Assembly (NCBI GenBank): GCA_017694875.1
Contig: JADIMG010000084.1
Coordinates: 2,663-66,662 of the forward strand
DNA: 64,000 nt
Origin: Candidatus Gallipaludibacter merdavium
GTDB taxonomy: Bacteria; Bacteroidota; Bacteroidia; Bacteroidales; Paludibacteraceae
Reading direction: 5' to 3'
A model generated the notes under the pieces. It searched no databases and was not told the origin of the DNA. It saw nothing but the letters and a program-made list of their open reading frames with translations. A program made the position numbers and the translations under genes. Positions 24,715 to 35,032 of the stretch are shown in pieces. The number at the start of each line of letters is the position of its first letter. Positions within the stretch are counted from its first letter, which is position 1.

Positions 24715-26853
24715 ATGTCTGAAATCTTTGGTATTGCCCTTCCCCTAAAGAATCCAACACTTATTTTTGGAGTAGTGATGGCTATCATTCTATTGTCACC
24801 ACTCATTTTCAAAAAACTCCATATTCCATCCATTATCGGACTGATTTTGGCTGGCGTGATTTTAGGTCCTTACGGATTGAATCTTTTGGCACATGACGAA
24901 AGTTTTAACCTGTTCGGACGGGTGGGATTACTATATATTATGTTCCTGTCAGGCATAGAGATAGACATCAACGACTTCAAGAAAAACCGCTATAAGAGCA
25001 TCATATTCGGTATGTACACCTTCCTGCTCCCCATGGGTTTAGGTATACTCTCGGGAATGTATATACTGAACTTCAGCTTCATCACATCCACTTTGCTGGC
25101 CAGCATGTATGCTTCCCATACACTTATGACCTATCCTATTGTCAGCCGCTATGGAGTAGCTAAAAGTCAGGCCGTTAACATTACCATAGGCGGTACCATT
25201 GTCACAGTAACGCTTTCACTCATCATTTTGGCTGCCATTGCAGGCATGTACAAAGGAACAGTGAACACCTTTTTCTGGATTCGCTTCATACTGATGACCA
25301 CCTTGTTCTGCCTGTTCGTTTTACTGGTAATCCCACGAATAGCCAGCTGGTTCTTCAAACGCTTCAGCGACAGTGTACTGCAATATTCATTTGTACTGGC
25401 CACAGTGGCACTAGCCTCTTTCCTGGCTGAACTGGTAGGAATGGAAGGCATTTTGGGAGCATTCCTTGTCGGTTTGTCACTCAATAAGCTCATTCCCAAC
25501 CTTTCTCCTCTTATGAGCAGAATCAATTTTGTGGGAAATGCATTGTTTATCCCTTTCTTCTTGATTAGCGTCGGCATGCTGGTCGATGTGCGCGTTTTCG
25601 CCAACGGATACGAAGCCTTGCTGGTTGCCTTTGTCATGACAGCCATAGCCACACTGAGTAAATGGCTGGCTGCATGGGCTGGACAAAAGACATTTGGCAT
25701 GAACAAAGTGGAACGGGACATGATTTTCGGCCTCAGCAACGCACAGGCAGCTGCCACACTTGCTGCTGTTATGATTGGCTATAACATCATTTTGCCGGAC
25801 GGCAGTCACTTGCTGAACGAGAATGTACTGAACGGTACTATCGTCATGATTCTTGTTACTTGCCTGATAAGTTCCATTGTAACCGAAAAGGCTGCACAAC
25901 AACTTTCTGCAACGAAGGAAGTGGATATAGACCAAACCACACCGGAACGCATCCTTATTCCTTTGTCCAACCCCAATACGTGCGACTCCCTCATGGAACT
26001 GGCTGTATTGATGAAAGAGCAGAAAGGAAGCAACATATATGCCCTTTCCGTTATACAAAACGAGGAACAGTCAGAACATGCCAAGAACATTCTGGAACGG
26101 GCGGTAAAGATTGGAGCGGCAACCGACAATCACGTCGAAATGCTCACCTGCATAGACTTGAACCCTGCCAACGGAATAAGGGAAACAGCCGAATCGAAAA
26201 ACATTACCGACATTGTCATCGGTTTGCACGAACGCATGAGAAACAATGATTCCGTGTTTGGTGCCATATTCAATACGCTTTTGAAATCCGTTACCCAAAG
26301 TATCTACATCTATCACAAAACCCAACCTATCAACACCATCAAACGCATATTGGTGGCTGTTCCAGCGCAAGCCGAACGGGAAAGCGGTTTCCTGGGATGG
26401 TATGACAGATTACGCCAATTGTCCATGCAAATGGGTGCCAAGGTATGTTTCTACGCCAATGAAGAAACAACACGGATACTCCGTATGCTGTGCAACCGCA
26501 AGCAACGCGGACTGGTGGGCGCACAATTCAATGAATTGAACGATTGGGAAGATTTTCTAGTAATTGCCAAGGCTATCAAATCAAATGACATGCTGGTCGT
26601 TATTCAAGCCCGCAAGGCTACAGCATCCTATCATCCTTTGTTTGCACAAATGCCGAAGTTATTGGAGGAGTTCTTCATCAACAATTGTTTTATTGTCATC
26701 TATCCGCGACAAGACGGCACACTTGAAGAGAACGGTATCATTTTCAATACAATGGCTCAAAGTCCTAACGGCGATTTCAATTTCATCAGACGATTGCGCA
26801 TGTACATTGCCAAACGGAAAAAGACCCGTTACGAACGTAAGCAAAATTCATAG
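24715..26853 (+). CDS. Cation:proton antiporter (CPA family) with a cytoplasmic C-terminal regulatory region (USP-like)
   Basis: The N-terminal ~400 aa are multi-TM and carry IIGLILAGVILGPYGLNLL, typical of Na_H_Exchanger. The ~300-aa soluble C-terminus has two alpha/beta repeats (ERILIPLS..., KRILVAVP...). Confidence 0.75.
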   Translation: MSEIFGIALPLKNPTLIFGVVMAIILLSPLIFKKLHIPSIIGLILAGVILGPYGLNLLAHDESFNLFGRVGLLYIMFLSGIEIDINDFKKNRYKSIIFGMYTFLLPMGLGILSGMYILNFSFITSTLLASMYASHTLMTYPIVSRYGVAKSQAVNITIGGTIVTVTLSLIILAAIAGMYKGTVNTFFWIRFILMTTLFCLFVLLVIPRIASWFFKRFSDSVLQYSFVLATVALASFLAELVGMEGILGAFLVGLSLNKLIPNLSPLMSRINFVGNALFIPFFLISVGMLVDVRVFANGYEALLVAFVMTAIATLSKWLAAWAGQKTFGMNKVERDMIFGLSNAQAAATLAAVMIGYNIILPDGSHLLNENVLNGTIVMILVTCLISSIVTEKAAQQLSATKEVDIDQTTPERILIPLSNPNTCDSLMELAVLMKEQKGSNIYALSVIQNEEQSEHAKNILERAVKIGAATDNHVEMLTCIDLNPANGIRETAESKNITDIVIGLHERMRNNDSVFGAIFNTLLKSVTQSIYIYHKTQPINTIKRILVAVPAQAERESGFLGWYDRLRQLSMQMGAKVCFYANEETTRILRMLCNRKQRGLVGAQFNELNDWEDFLVIAKAIKSNDMLVVIQARKATASYHPLFAQMPKLLEEFFINNCFIVIYPRQDGTLEENGIIFNTMAQSPNGDFNFIRRLRMYIAKRKKTRYERKQNS

Positions 26854-27002
26854 GGAGCGGTGTGTAATAATATGCCATCTGCCGCATTGCTATCAGGATG
26901 CAGGCTCGGTCATTTACGCCAGTAAACTTCCTGCGCCTTGACCTTATATATTCTGACACGCCTTAAAGGACTTGTATCAAAATGGCTCATTGGGGTACAA
27001 GC

Positions 27003-29417
27003 TTATTCCAGTTCTACGACCGTAATACCGGCCCCGCCAAACTGGACATGCTCGTCATGAAAAGAAGCAACACCGGAAACGGTTGACAGATACTGTCGAA
27101 TAACCTGACGCAAAGCACCGGTTCCTGTACCATGAAGAATACGCACTGTTCCGGCCCCTACCATAATGGCATCATCAATAAAATACATGACTGCCTGCAA
27201 GGCTTCGTCGGCACGCATTCCCCGCAAATCAATGTCATGCTTGAAATGCAGCTTGCGCTGTCTAACTTCATCCGATGTACGCCCGCCTGCAGCTGAGGCT
27301 TGTTTCTTCAATTGCGTATTGCTGACATATTCCAACCTTTCCAGCGGAACGTTCGACTTCAATGCACCAATTGCTATCAAAGCGTTTTTTCCCTGTATTT
27401 CCAATATGGTACCATTCATGGACTGGCCCTTCAAACGAATAGTATCACCAACGGCAAGCTCGCGTTCTGTGTTTTTTATCTGCGGCTTATTCTTAACCGG
27501 CTTGGACTTGGCTGCCTTCAGCTTTGGACTATCGGATATCTGTTGCTTGTATTCCTCCAGCTCCTGACGCACCTTACGTGTAGTTTCCTTATCGGCTTGC
27601 GCTTCCTTGATTTTACGGATGGTATTCTCAATCAACGAATTGGATTGCTGCAACAAATCGGCTGCTTCCTGCTTGGCCTTGCTGACAATCTCCTTCTTCG
27701 TACGGTTGATATTGTCCATCTCGCTCTGATAGCGCGCAATGGTTTCCTCCAGCTTCTTCTCCTGCTGACGAATTTTCTGCCGCTTGGTCTCCCAATACCT
27801 TTTATCGCGTGCTATGTCCTGCAAATGCTTGTCATAATCAACGTGCTCAGCTCCCACCTTATCTACCGCCGCCTGTATGATGTCTTCCGGCAAACCAATC
27901 TTACGGGCAATTTCCACAGCAAAGGAGCTACCGGGCCTACCTATTTGCAACAGAAAAAGTGGCTGCATATTATGGCGGTCATAGAGCATCGCACCATTAA
28001 CAATACCCTCAACGTCTTCTGCAAAATGCTTGAGATTGGTATAATGGGTAGTTATCACCCCGTAAGCCCCGTTCTTGTTCAAGCGGTCAAGAGTGGCTTC
28101 AGCAATGGCACCGCCTATTTGAGGCTCCGTACCTCCACCAAACTCATCAATCAGCAATAAGGTTCTATCTTTGGCATAGCGCACAAAATGCTTCATATTA
28201 CGCAAATGGGAGCTATAAGTGGACAAATCATCTTCAATGGACTGCTCATCACCTATATCAATAAAAATGTCTTGAAAAATGCCCATTTGGGAGGTTTCAG
28301 CTACTGGCACCGGCAAACCACACTGCACCATATATTGCAACAAGGCTACTGTTTTCAAACAGACGGATTTTCCCCCTGCATTCGGGCCTGAAATAAGCAG
28401 AATACGCTGTTTTTTATTCAGCAGAATATCGAGAGGCACAATGGTTTTTCCCTGTTTTTGAAGCGTAAGAAGAAGCAGAGGATGACGCGCACGTTGCCAA
28501 TCGACAAGGGGCTCGTCTGTAACAGTTGGACGAATTGCTCCAATTTGCTGCGCAAACAACGCCTTCGCCCGCAGAAAGTCTATATGACCGAGAAACAACT
28601 GTGTATTCAGCAAATCAGGAATATGCGGACGGAGTTGATTGGCAAACAGAGTTAGGATGCGTATGATTTCCCTTCTTTGCTCTCCTTCCAGCTCACGAAT
28701 GCGGTTATTGGCCTCGACCACTTGTGCCGGTTCCACGAAAACCGTTTTTCCTGTAGCAGATTCATCGTGAACGATACCGCCGAGTTTCCGCTTATACATA
28801 GGTGGCACTGGAATAACAAGCCTACCTTCACGCATCGTGGGTGATACATCCTTTTCTATATAACCATCGGTCTGAGCTTGTTTCAGAATGGAATTTATCA
28901 AACGTGACACACTGGATTGGGCCTGCGAGAGTTCCTTACGTATAGTGGCCAATTCTGGAGAAGCATTATCCTTGATCCGACCAAACTTATCGAGAATCCT
29001 ATCAATATCGCGCAATATAAGCGACAAGGGCGGCAATTGGGAGGCCATTCCACTCAAGATGGGATATTCATGTTCGGGAAGTGTCTGTATAAACATGCGG
29101 AGCTGATGAGTTGCTTCCAAGGTTTTTCTCAGCTGAAACAGTTCATTCTCATCCAAGAACAGACCTTCCACCCTAATCCGGGCCAAATCCTCCCTCAAAT
29201 CATAAAATCCACCTACGGGCAAATCCAACGAAGCATCTTGCAGAATACGCATAAGCTCATGCGTCTCGTCAAGCATAAGCTCTATCTCTCTCTTGTTGGA
29301 TGTAAACACAATCCGTTGTACTTCTTCCTTGCCTAACGGGAAAGTACATAAAGCCTCCATCTGCGTTCTTAACACATGGAAATCTATTTTCTGTTCAAAA
29401 TTCTCCGGAAATATCAC
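27003..29417 (-). CDS. mutS2: Endonuclease MutS2 (MutS domain V ATPase + C-terminal Smr domain)
   Basis: Walker A LLISGPNAGGKSV and the Smr domain DLRGMRADEALQAVMYFIDDAIMVGAGTVRILHGTGTGALRQ. The longest ORF reaches 29522 but overlaps rmuC by 47 nt. An in-frame GTG at 29417 gives (M)IFPENFEQKIDF, the canonical MutS2 N-terminus. Confidence 0.85.
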   Translation of the reverse strand: MIFPENFEQKIDFHVLRTQMEALCTFPLGKEEVQRIVFTSNKREIELMLDETHELMRILQDASLDLPVGGFYDLREDLARIRVEGLFLDENELFQLRKTLEATHQLRMFIQTLPEHEYPILSGMASQLPPLSLILRDIDRILDKFGRIKDNASPELATIRKELSQAQSSVSRLINSILKQAQTDGYIEKDVSPTMREGRLVIPVPPMYKRKLGGIVHDESATGKTVFVEPAQVVEANNRIRELEGEQRREIIRILTLFANQLRPHIPDLLNTQLFLGHIDFLRAKALFAQQIGAIRPTVTDEPLVDWQRARHPLLLLTLQKQGKTIVPLDILLNKKQRILLISGPNAGGKSVCLKTVALLQYMVQCGLPVPVAETSQMGIFQDIFIDIGDEQSIEDDLSTYSSHLRNMKHFVRYAKDRTLLLIDEFGGGTEPQIGGAIAEATLDRLNKNGAYGVITTHYTNLKHFAEDVEGIVNGAMLYDRHNMQPLFLLQIGRPGSSFAVEIARKIGLPEDIIQAAVDKVGAEHVDYDKHLQDIARDKRYWETKRQKIRQQEKKLEETIARYQSEMDNINRTKKEIVSKAKQEAADLLQQSNSLIENTIRKIKEAQADKETTRKVRQELEEYKQQISDSPKLKAAKSKPVKNKPQIKNTERELAVGDTIRLKGQSMNGTILEIQGKNALIAIGALKSNVPLERLEYVSNTQLKKQASAAGGRTSDEVRQRKLHFKHDIDLRGMRADEALQAVMYFIDDAIMVGAGTVRILHGTGTGALRQVIRQYLSTVSGVASFHDEHVQFGGAGITVVELE

Positions 29418-29475
29418 GTTTGTAAATTTGATTGACTGGAGGTTAAAACCAGACTGCAAAGATAGCCTTTTTCCT

Positions 29476-30828
29476 TTAATTGTCTTGAAAATTGTCGGGT
29501 AATTGTCGGGTCGTCTTTGCACCCAAAGCCTTAATCTTGTCGGCCGTACGCATCACATTTCCATTGCCGGATGTCAATTTTCGGTAAGCATCACTATAGG
29601 CATTGTCGGCTGCATCGAGGCTTTTCTTGATTTTTTCCATATCGGCTGTAAAACCTACCAGTTTGTCGTACAATTGCCCCGCCAAGCGGGCTATCTCCTG
29701 TGCATTTCTCGTTTGGTTCTCCTGTTTCCAGATGGAAGCTATCGTACGCAAGGTAGCCAAAAGGGTTGTTGGACTTACAATGACAATGTTTTTCTCCCAT
29801 GCAAACGAAAAGAGTTCCGTATCGTTCTGTACCGCCAACGCAAAAGCCGCTTCAATCGGCATAAAAAGCAAGACAAAATCAGGTGTATTGATATTGCGGG
29901 CATGTTGATAGTTCTTTTCGCTCAAACCTTGAATATGGCTCCGTATGGAATGTATATGCGCCTTAAGCTCCTGTTTCCTTTGTGCTTCATCAGAAGATGA
30001 TATATAACGCTCGTAAGCAACCAATGAAACTTTGGAATCAATAATGATATGCTTGTTGTCTGGCAAATGCACAATGACATCCGGACGGATTGTTTGCCCA
30101 TCGTTACCTGTCAAGACCTCTTCCCGCTGGTATTCACTGCCTTGTTTCAAACCGGAACGTTCCAACACACGCTCCAAAATCACTTCACCCCAATTACCCT
30201 GCTTTTTGGGGTCACCTTTTAAGGCTGTAGCCAAATTATTGGCTTCACGGCTCATTTGCAGATTGATTTCCGTCAGCTTCTTGACCTCCTCGGTCAATGA
30301 CAATTTATCACGAAGTTCCTTCTCATAGGTTTCTTCCACCTTTTTCTCGAACGAAGCTATTTTCTCTTTCAAAGGAGAAAGTATTTCCCCCAGATTTTTC
30401 TGATTATGCTGGGCGAATTCATCTGTGCGCTGTTTCAATATACGGGTAGCAATGTTCTCAAATTCGGTAGTAAGCCGCTTTTGCATGGCTTCAAGTTCCT
30501 GCTTCTGCAACTCCAGCTTCTCGGATAGTGTTTTATTTTCTGACATTTTCAAACCGAGCTGGAGCTCCAAGTCCTGTTTTTGCTCTCTCAACTTTTCAAT
30601 GGTTGCCTGCTGTTGCTCTGTAAGCTGCAACACTTCATGAAGACGGTTGGAAGCCAATTGGAACTCCGTTTGCAAAGCGGAAAATTTAACCTTTATCTGC
30701 TGCGAATCAGCAGTAAGCTGTTCATACGTACGGCCATGAGCTTTCTGTGAACTAAGATGCCATACGAAAGCCACAATAAGCCCAAGACACAACCCTCCTA
30801 TCAAACCCAAAAACAAGTATACTCCCAT
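29476..30828 (-). CDS. rmuC: DNA recombination protein RmuC
   Basis: N-terminal TM, a long coiled coil, and a C-terminal RmuC nuclease-like domain (...PDVIVHLPDNKHIIIDSKVSLVAYERY...). Confidence 0.85.
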   Translation of the reverse strand: MGVYLFLGLIGGLCLGLIVAFVWHLSSQKAHGRTYEQLTADSQQIKVKFSALQTEFQLASNRLHEVLQLTEQQQATIEKLREQKQDLELQLGLKMSENKTLSEKLELQKQELEAMQKRLTTEFENIATRILKQRTDEFAQHNQKNLGEILSPLKEKIASFEKKVEETYEKELRDKLSLTEEVKKLTEINLQMSREANNLATALKGDPKKQGNWGEVILERVLERSGLKQGSEYQREEVLTGNDGQTIRPDVIVHLPDNKHIIIDSKVSLVAYERYISSSDEAQRKQELKAHIHSIRSHIQGLSEKNYQHARNINTPDFVLLFMPIEAAFALAVQNDTELFSFAWEKNIVIVSPTTLLATLRTIASIWKQENQTRNAQEIARLAGQLYDKLVGFTADMEKIKKSLDAADNAYSDAYRKLTSGNGNVMRTADKIKALGAKTTRQLPDNFQDN

Positions 30829-30897
30829 AAATATTACATCGGTATTCTATTGAACATATTCCATTCATCCATGTTTTATATATAGCCACAGCTTTCT

Positions 30898-30905
30898 TAT
30901 CTTTG
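30898..30905 (+). promoter_or_regulatory. -7 promoter box TATCTTTG
   Basis: Matches TAnnTTTG, 21 nt upstream of the small-ORF ATG at 30926. Confidence 0.45.
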
Positions 30906-30925
30906 CAATGTAGAAAAGAAATGAT

Positions 30926-31105
30926 ATGACAGAGGAAATCATCGTTTTCTTTATTGTATTCTGCGCTGTGTTATACGCAGCTATAAAGACATACAAATCA
31001 CTGCACAACTGCACGAAAGACAAAAAGGGCGGTTGCACCAACTGTCCCCTTAGCGATGCGTGTAAACGCGACGACGTATCACAAAGAAAACCACACCAAA
31101 AATAG
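30926..31105 (+). CDS. Small (59 aa) Cys-rich membrane protein, FeoB-associated Cys-rich type
   Basis: It is below the ORF-track cutoff, so I translated it by hand: MTEEIIVFFIVFCAVLYAAIKTYKSLHNCTKDKKGGCTNCPLSDACKRDDVSQRKPHQK. It has one N-terminal TM helix followed by a basic, Cys-rich tail, and a -7 box precedes it. The 3' end overlaps the convergent gldG-like gene by 56 nt. Confidence 0.5.
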   Translation: MTEEIIVFFIVFCAVLYAAIKTYKSLHNCTKDKKGGCTNCPLSDACKRDDVSQRKPHQK

Positions 31106-32717
31106 CCAAGAACAATAAAGGCAATCCCACATTGATCAATTGAAGAGGCAACCGCATATTGGTGGCTATATTTTTATTGATGAGTCTTATTTTCAGCTGT
31201 TTGTTACGCAAATTAATCCAACCCTGGTCATCTGTCAGATAGAGCAGTGCATTGATAAAGAAATCCCTATTCCCGAACTGCGTCTGCGTGTAGCGATCAT
31301 ACCCCACAGGAAGAGGCTGCCCATCCTGTATATCGTTGCTGATAAATGAACCTGATGCCATGACTATCTGTTTTGTCGGTACACTTTCCTTTAGTTTGGC
31401 AGGCGCATTGGTGATATTCTGAGGCATCAAACGATGTGCAAAAAGCGAAGGGAACACCCCATCCAAGGCAACAGCAACCGGCACATAAGCCAAATTGAAA
31501 TAATCGGGCGTCAGCTCTATTTCCTCTACATTGATGGCTGCCGGTGCACTGATGATATGTGTAGCATTTGAAGTAGCCAAAAGCACGTCACGGCGCAAAT
31601 TTTCATTCTCTCCCACCATGTCCAGGCAAGACACGAATGTTCCTGTTACCTGAGGCAAATTACGGGAAACCGGATGATTGGGCGATGTAAGCAAAAGAGG
31701 CGCAAAATACCACGGCATTGGTTCAAAATGTGCCGGTTCACCTTCGGAAGCCACATTAACTGGAACAAGCAGACATTGCTGGTCCTGAACAATCATAGGA
31801 TTTACACGGACACCATAGCGGAAAAGCATGTCTGTCAAATTTACATCCATTGGAATAGTTGGCGACATGCCGGTGGTACTCAAACTGTTCTCGTCCAAAC
31901 GGACACCATCAATCAACCACAAAACACGACCTCCCCGCATAATGTATTGGTCAATAATATATTTGTCATTTTCTGAAAAAGGCTGGATTGGAGCGGCAAT
32001 AATGATGGCTTTATAATCGTCAAGCACGGAAGCGTCAGTACCCAAGACACCCCTATCAATCTGAAAATAACGGCTCAATGCCAAACTAATGTCCCATGTA
32101 TTATAGTCGGAAAGCTCGCCATGACCTTCAATAAAAGCTATTTTCTGTATCTCTTTTTGCGTAAGTAGACGTATAGCATCTGTCAATTGGAACTCCAAAG
32201 ATTCAATAGAAATATTAAGATTTTCTTCTCCAGAATTTCCTTTGATATTTTTCAGCAAAGACACCCACTGCTGCTTATCGCCATAGCTTATTCTCAACCA
32301 AGGAAACAAAAGACGCTGAACGGACTTACCATCCCTGTTGCGCTCGTAAATGGTTGTGGGCGATATTCCATTTTCCGCAAAAAGCTGCATCAACCGCTTC
32401 TGTTCCTCCTGTGGCAAGGAGGTCGGATTGGTGAACGAATAGTTTATACCCTCAGGAGCATAAATGCTAAGTTCATCCAACAATTCCGCAACCGAACGCT
32501 TCAAACGCAGAAAGCCGGAATTCATTTCTCCATCCAAATAGATTGTTACATCTACCTCCTGATTCAAACCCGCCATCAACTGTTTGGTGGGCTGACTGAC
32601 ACTATGCCGTTTATCCGAAGTAAGGTCTATACGAAAGAATAAGTTGGCTGAGAGAATATTGAGAAGCACAACAATTAAACAACCAATAAGCAAAGAATAT
32701 TTTTTCAAGAACTTCAT
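31050..32717 (-). CDS. gldG: GldG-like gliding-motility-associated ABC transporter accessory protein
   Basis: N-terminal TM followed by FRIDLTSDKRHSVSQPTKQLM, and a C-terminal TM (LPLLFLAIFGVVFFVIRRR). This architecture is typical of GldG / ABC_transp_aux proteins. Confidence 0.6.
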   Translation of the reverse strand: MKFLKKYSLLIGCLIVVLLNILSANLFFRIDLTSDKRHSVSQPTKQLMAGLNQEVDVTIYLDGEMNSGFLRLKRSVAELLDELSIYAPEGINYSFTNPTSLPQEEQKRLMQLFAENGISPTTIYERNRDGKSVQRLLFPWLRISYGDKQQWVSLLKNIKGNSGEENLNISIESLEFQLTDAIRLLTQKEIQKIAFIEGHGELSDYNTWDISLALSRYFQIDRGVLGTDASVLDDYKAIIIAAPIQPFSENDKYIIDQYIMRGGRVLWLIDGVRLDENSLSTTGMSPTIPMDVNLTDMLFRYGVRVNPMIVQDQQCLLVPVNVASEGEPAHFEPMPWYFAPLLLTSPNHPVSRNLPQVTGTFVSCLDMVGENENLRRDVLLATSNATHIISAPAAINVEEIELTPDYFNLAYVPVAVALDGVFPSLFAHRLMPQNITNAPAKLKESVPTKQIVMASGSFISNDIQDGQPLPVGYDRYTQTQFGNRDFFINALLYLTDDQGWINLRNKQLKIRLINKNIATNMRLPLQLINVGLPLLFLAIFGVVFFVIRRRVYTHR

Positions 32718-32730
32718 GTTGCGGATTTAG

Positions 32731-35010
32731 TTATTCAACAAATCGTTCCTTAAAAATAAGGAAACCTATATTAAGTCCTACATTCCAACACTTTTCGGGC
32801 ATGGAATAGTAGTTGACATAAAGATTGGCTGTAGCAATCTTAAAATTATAATTGACCGACAGTTCTGTAATAAAACGCAATGCTGAAAACGGCTTTCCAT
32901 AATAAGCGGTATTATCAGCCTTTCTCATAATGGTTCGATAGGGCGCAAATGCGTAGGCCTCTGCCCGGATATGCCAACTATCATTTATAACATAAATGGG
33001 TTTTACACCTACCGCCAGGAACTGATTGGCCGAGAAATACTCATTAAATATAGCCACACTATGCACTGTTGGCGTAAAACGAGGGGCCTGAATCAAAGTG
33101 GCCGTATAATTGTTCAACATACCCCTGTTTGATATGGCCAAATCGGCCGACACGCCTAACGTAAAGTGTCTAAACAATCGTATATACTCATCATATTGAG
33201 CTCGGAACTGTACCCACCATCCAAAAACGCCTTCCACATCGTCGGTGGGAAACAATGAAGACTTGAAATATTCATTACCCCCAACTATTTGCAGAGAGCC
33301 CAGAAAGCGTCTTCCCGCCGTTGGATACATTCTGCTGTTCAACGAATTTCCATCAATACGGGCAAAAACATTGAACAACGAATAGGAACTTCTATCATCC
33401 CCGTTTCTATATTCAATTGCCAACTGCTTGTCTTGGATATACAAATCGCGCAAATAGCCATAGCCTGCCCCACACTCCAAACGTGCTTTCATGGTAACCG
33501 GAAAGCCCACTTTCAATTTAGTATAAATCTCGTTTTGCGTAAAAAAAGCCGTCCTATCATCAAAATAGAACAAATGGTCATCCTCAAAATAATTGAAACG
33601 ATGAATGACAAATTCTGGACGGAAATAAACCTTCTGAGGCAAATCGATGCGAGTTCCCAGATTCATTCCATTGTATGTCCTTCCGAAATGAAAATTAATC
33701 CATGCTGTTTGCGCAAAACTGGAGAGATTCTGATAACGGACACCAATAAAAGTCTGATTGGGTGTTGAGGTGGATATATTGCCCCCCACCATCACCTTCA
33801 ACTGGTCACGCGTTGTTACTTGCAAATCCAAGGTATAAGAGCTGTCTTCCGGAACATATATGGCATGAGGCACAATCTCAGAAATCACATTATCGGATAT
33901 AAGGTTAAAATATCCCTTTCTAAACTCCTCCATACCGAAGCTTACACCCTTATGATGAAAGCTTTGTTCTATATATTGCTGTTGGGCGGGAGAGATACCC
34001 TTAAACTGAATCTCGCTGAACCTTAAAGGTGGTATCTTTTCTTGAAACTCTTTCCGTTTTTGTGAAATCTCTTCTTTGGAAATCCGGCGGTCAATACTGG
34101 CTTTTATCTCATCCATGTGTGCCATTGTTGAGTCATAGCCAATCTTTACCAATTCATTTACCTGCTGAAAATCCCACAGGCTCACATCATCCAAAGTAAA
34201 ACGCAGTAGCAAACCATTATCTATCTGCTGTTCATCACGCTTTACAATCATACTTTCAATCAACTTGAAAATATCACGCTTATCCGGTTTGGTCGGGGCC
34301 GACCCGACATCACTTCCAATTATGTATCCGGGTTGGAAAGTGGTGTCCATCACATCAACCGGAAAATTATTGTATATACCTCCGTCATACAAAATCTTTC
34401 CGTCGATTTCTACCGGTCGGAACATAAAAGGAAACGACATGGATGAACGTACGGCATCTCCCAAATCACCCTCAGACATGACAGTTGCCTTCTTGGCAAA
34501 TATATCAGAAGCAACGCAGCGGAAAGGAACCATGAGATTATTGAAATCACGACCGCAGGCAGCTGTAGCAGGAGCGTATAATTCCATCACGGCTATATTC
34601 ATCTGCTGGGGATTTACAACGTTTGTCGGCAAAAAATAAGATTGTAAAGAAACCTCTTTTCCCCACCTTGCATTCAGTTCGATAATGTTGGGTAATATAT
34701 CAGCCTGTCTGTAATAATATTGGTCCTTGGAAGCAACCGCACCCGTCTGCCAACTATGAAACTCCTTGGAAGTAATAAGCGCAATCATTTCATCGGTTGT
34801 ATAACCAATAGCATATAAACTGCCCACAATCGCTCCCATCGAGGTTCCTGCTATATAATCTATAGGAATCTCGTTCTCTTCCAGAGCTTTAATTACACCT
34901 ATATGCGTCAATCCTCTGGCTGCACCTCCACTTAATACCAAACCAACCTTCTTTGCACAAACAGTTGATATGGAAAAAGCAAACAATAAAAACCACGCAG
35001 CCCGCTTCAT
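32731..35010 (-). CDS. Patatin-like phospholipase fused to a C-terminal Omp85/beta-barrel-like region
   Basis: Signal peptide. Patatin motifs GLVLSGGAARGLTHIGV (oxyanion GGxR) and GTSMGA (GxSxG). The C-terminal ~400 aa are rich in alternating aromatic beta-strand patterns and end in F-rich strands. Confidence 0.75.
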   Translation of the reverse strand: MKRAAWFLLFAFSISTVCAKKVGLVLSGGAARGLTHIGVIKALEENEIPIDYIAGTSMGAIVGSLYAIGYTTDEMIALITSKEFHSWQTGAVASKDQYYYRQADILPNIIELNARWGKEVSLQSYFLPTNVVNPQQMNIAVMELYAPATAACGRDFNNLMVPFRCVASDIFAKKATVMSEGDLGDAVRSSMSFPFMFRPVEIDGKILYDGGIYNNFPVDVMDTTFQPGYIIGSDVGSAPTKPDKRDIFKLIESMIVKRDEQQIDNGLLLRFTLDDVSLWDFQQVNELVKIGYDSTMAHMDEIKASIDRRISKEEISQKRKEFQEKIPPLRFSEIQFKGISPAQQQYIEQSFHHKGVSFGMEEFRKGYFNLISDNVISEIVPHAIYVPEDSSYTLDLQVTTRDQLKVMVGGNISTSTPNQTFIGVRYQNLSSFAQTAWINFHFGRTYNGMNLGTRIDLPQKVYFRPEFVIHRFNYFEDDHLFYFDDRTAFFTQNEIYTKLKVGFPVTMKARLECGAGYGYLRDLYIQDKQLAIEYRNGDDRSSYSLFNVFARIDGNSLNSRMYPTAGRRFLGSLQIVGGNEYFKSSLFPTDDVEGVFGWWVQFRAQYDEYIRLFRHFTLGVSADLAISNRGMLNNYTATLIQAPRFTPTVHSVAIFNEYFSANQFLAVGVKPIYVINDSWHIRAEAYAFAPYRTIMRKADNTAYYGKPFSALRFITELSVNYNFKIATANLYVNYYSMPEKCWNVGLNIGFLIFKERFVE

Positions 35011-35032
35011 AAAAAACAGATTTGAAAATCAA

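Noticed and set aside
27300-28160. 286-aa plus-strand ORF antisense to mutS2. The same applies to 36056-36976 (+), 47508-48083 (+), 2916-3524 (-), 23972-24604 (-), 25167-26058 (-), 33289-33768 (+) and 32187-32642 (+).
   Set aside because: All lie inside genes with strong family motifs on the opposite strand and have biased, motif-free translations. They are typical antisense shadow ORFs.
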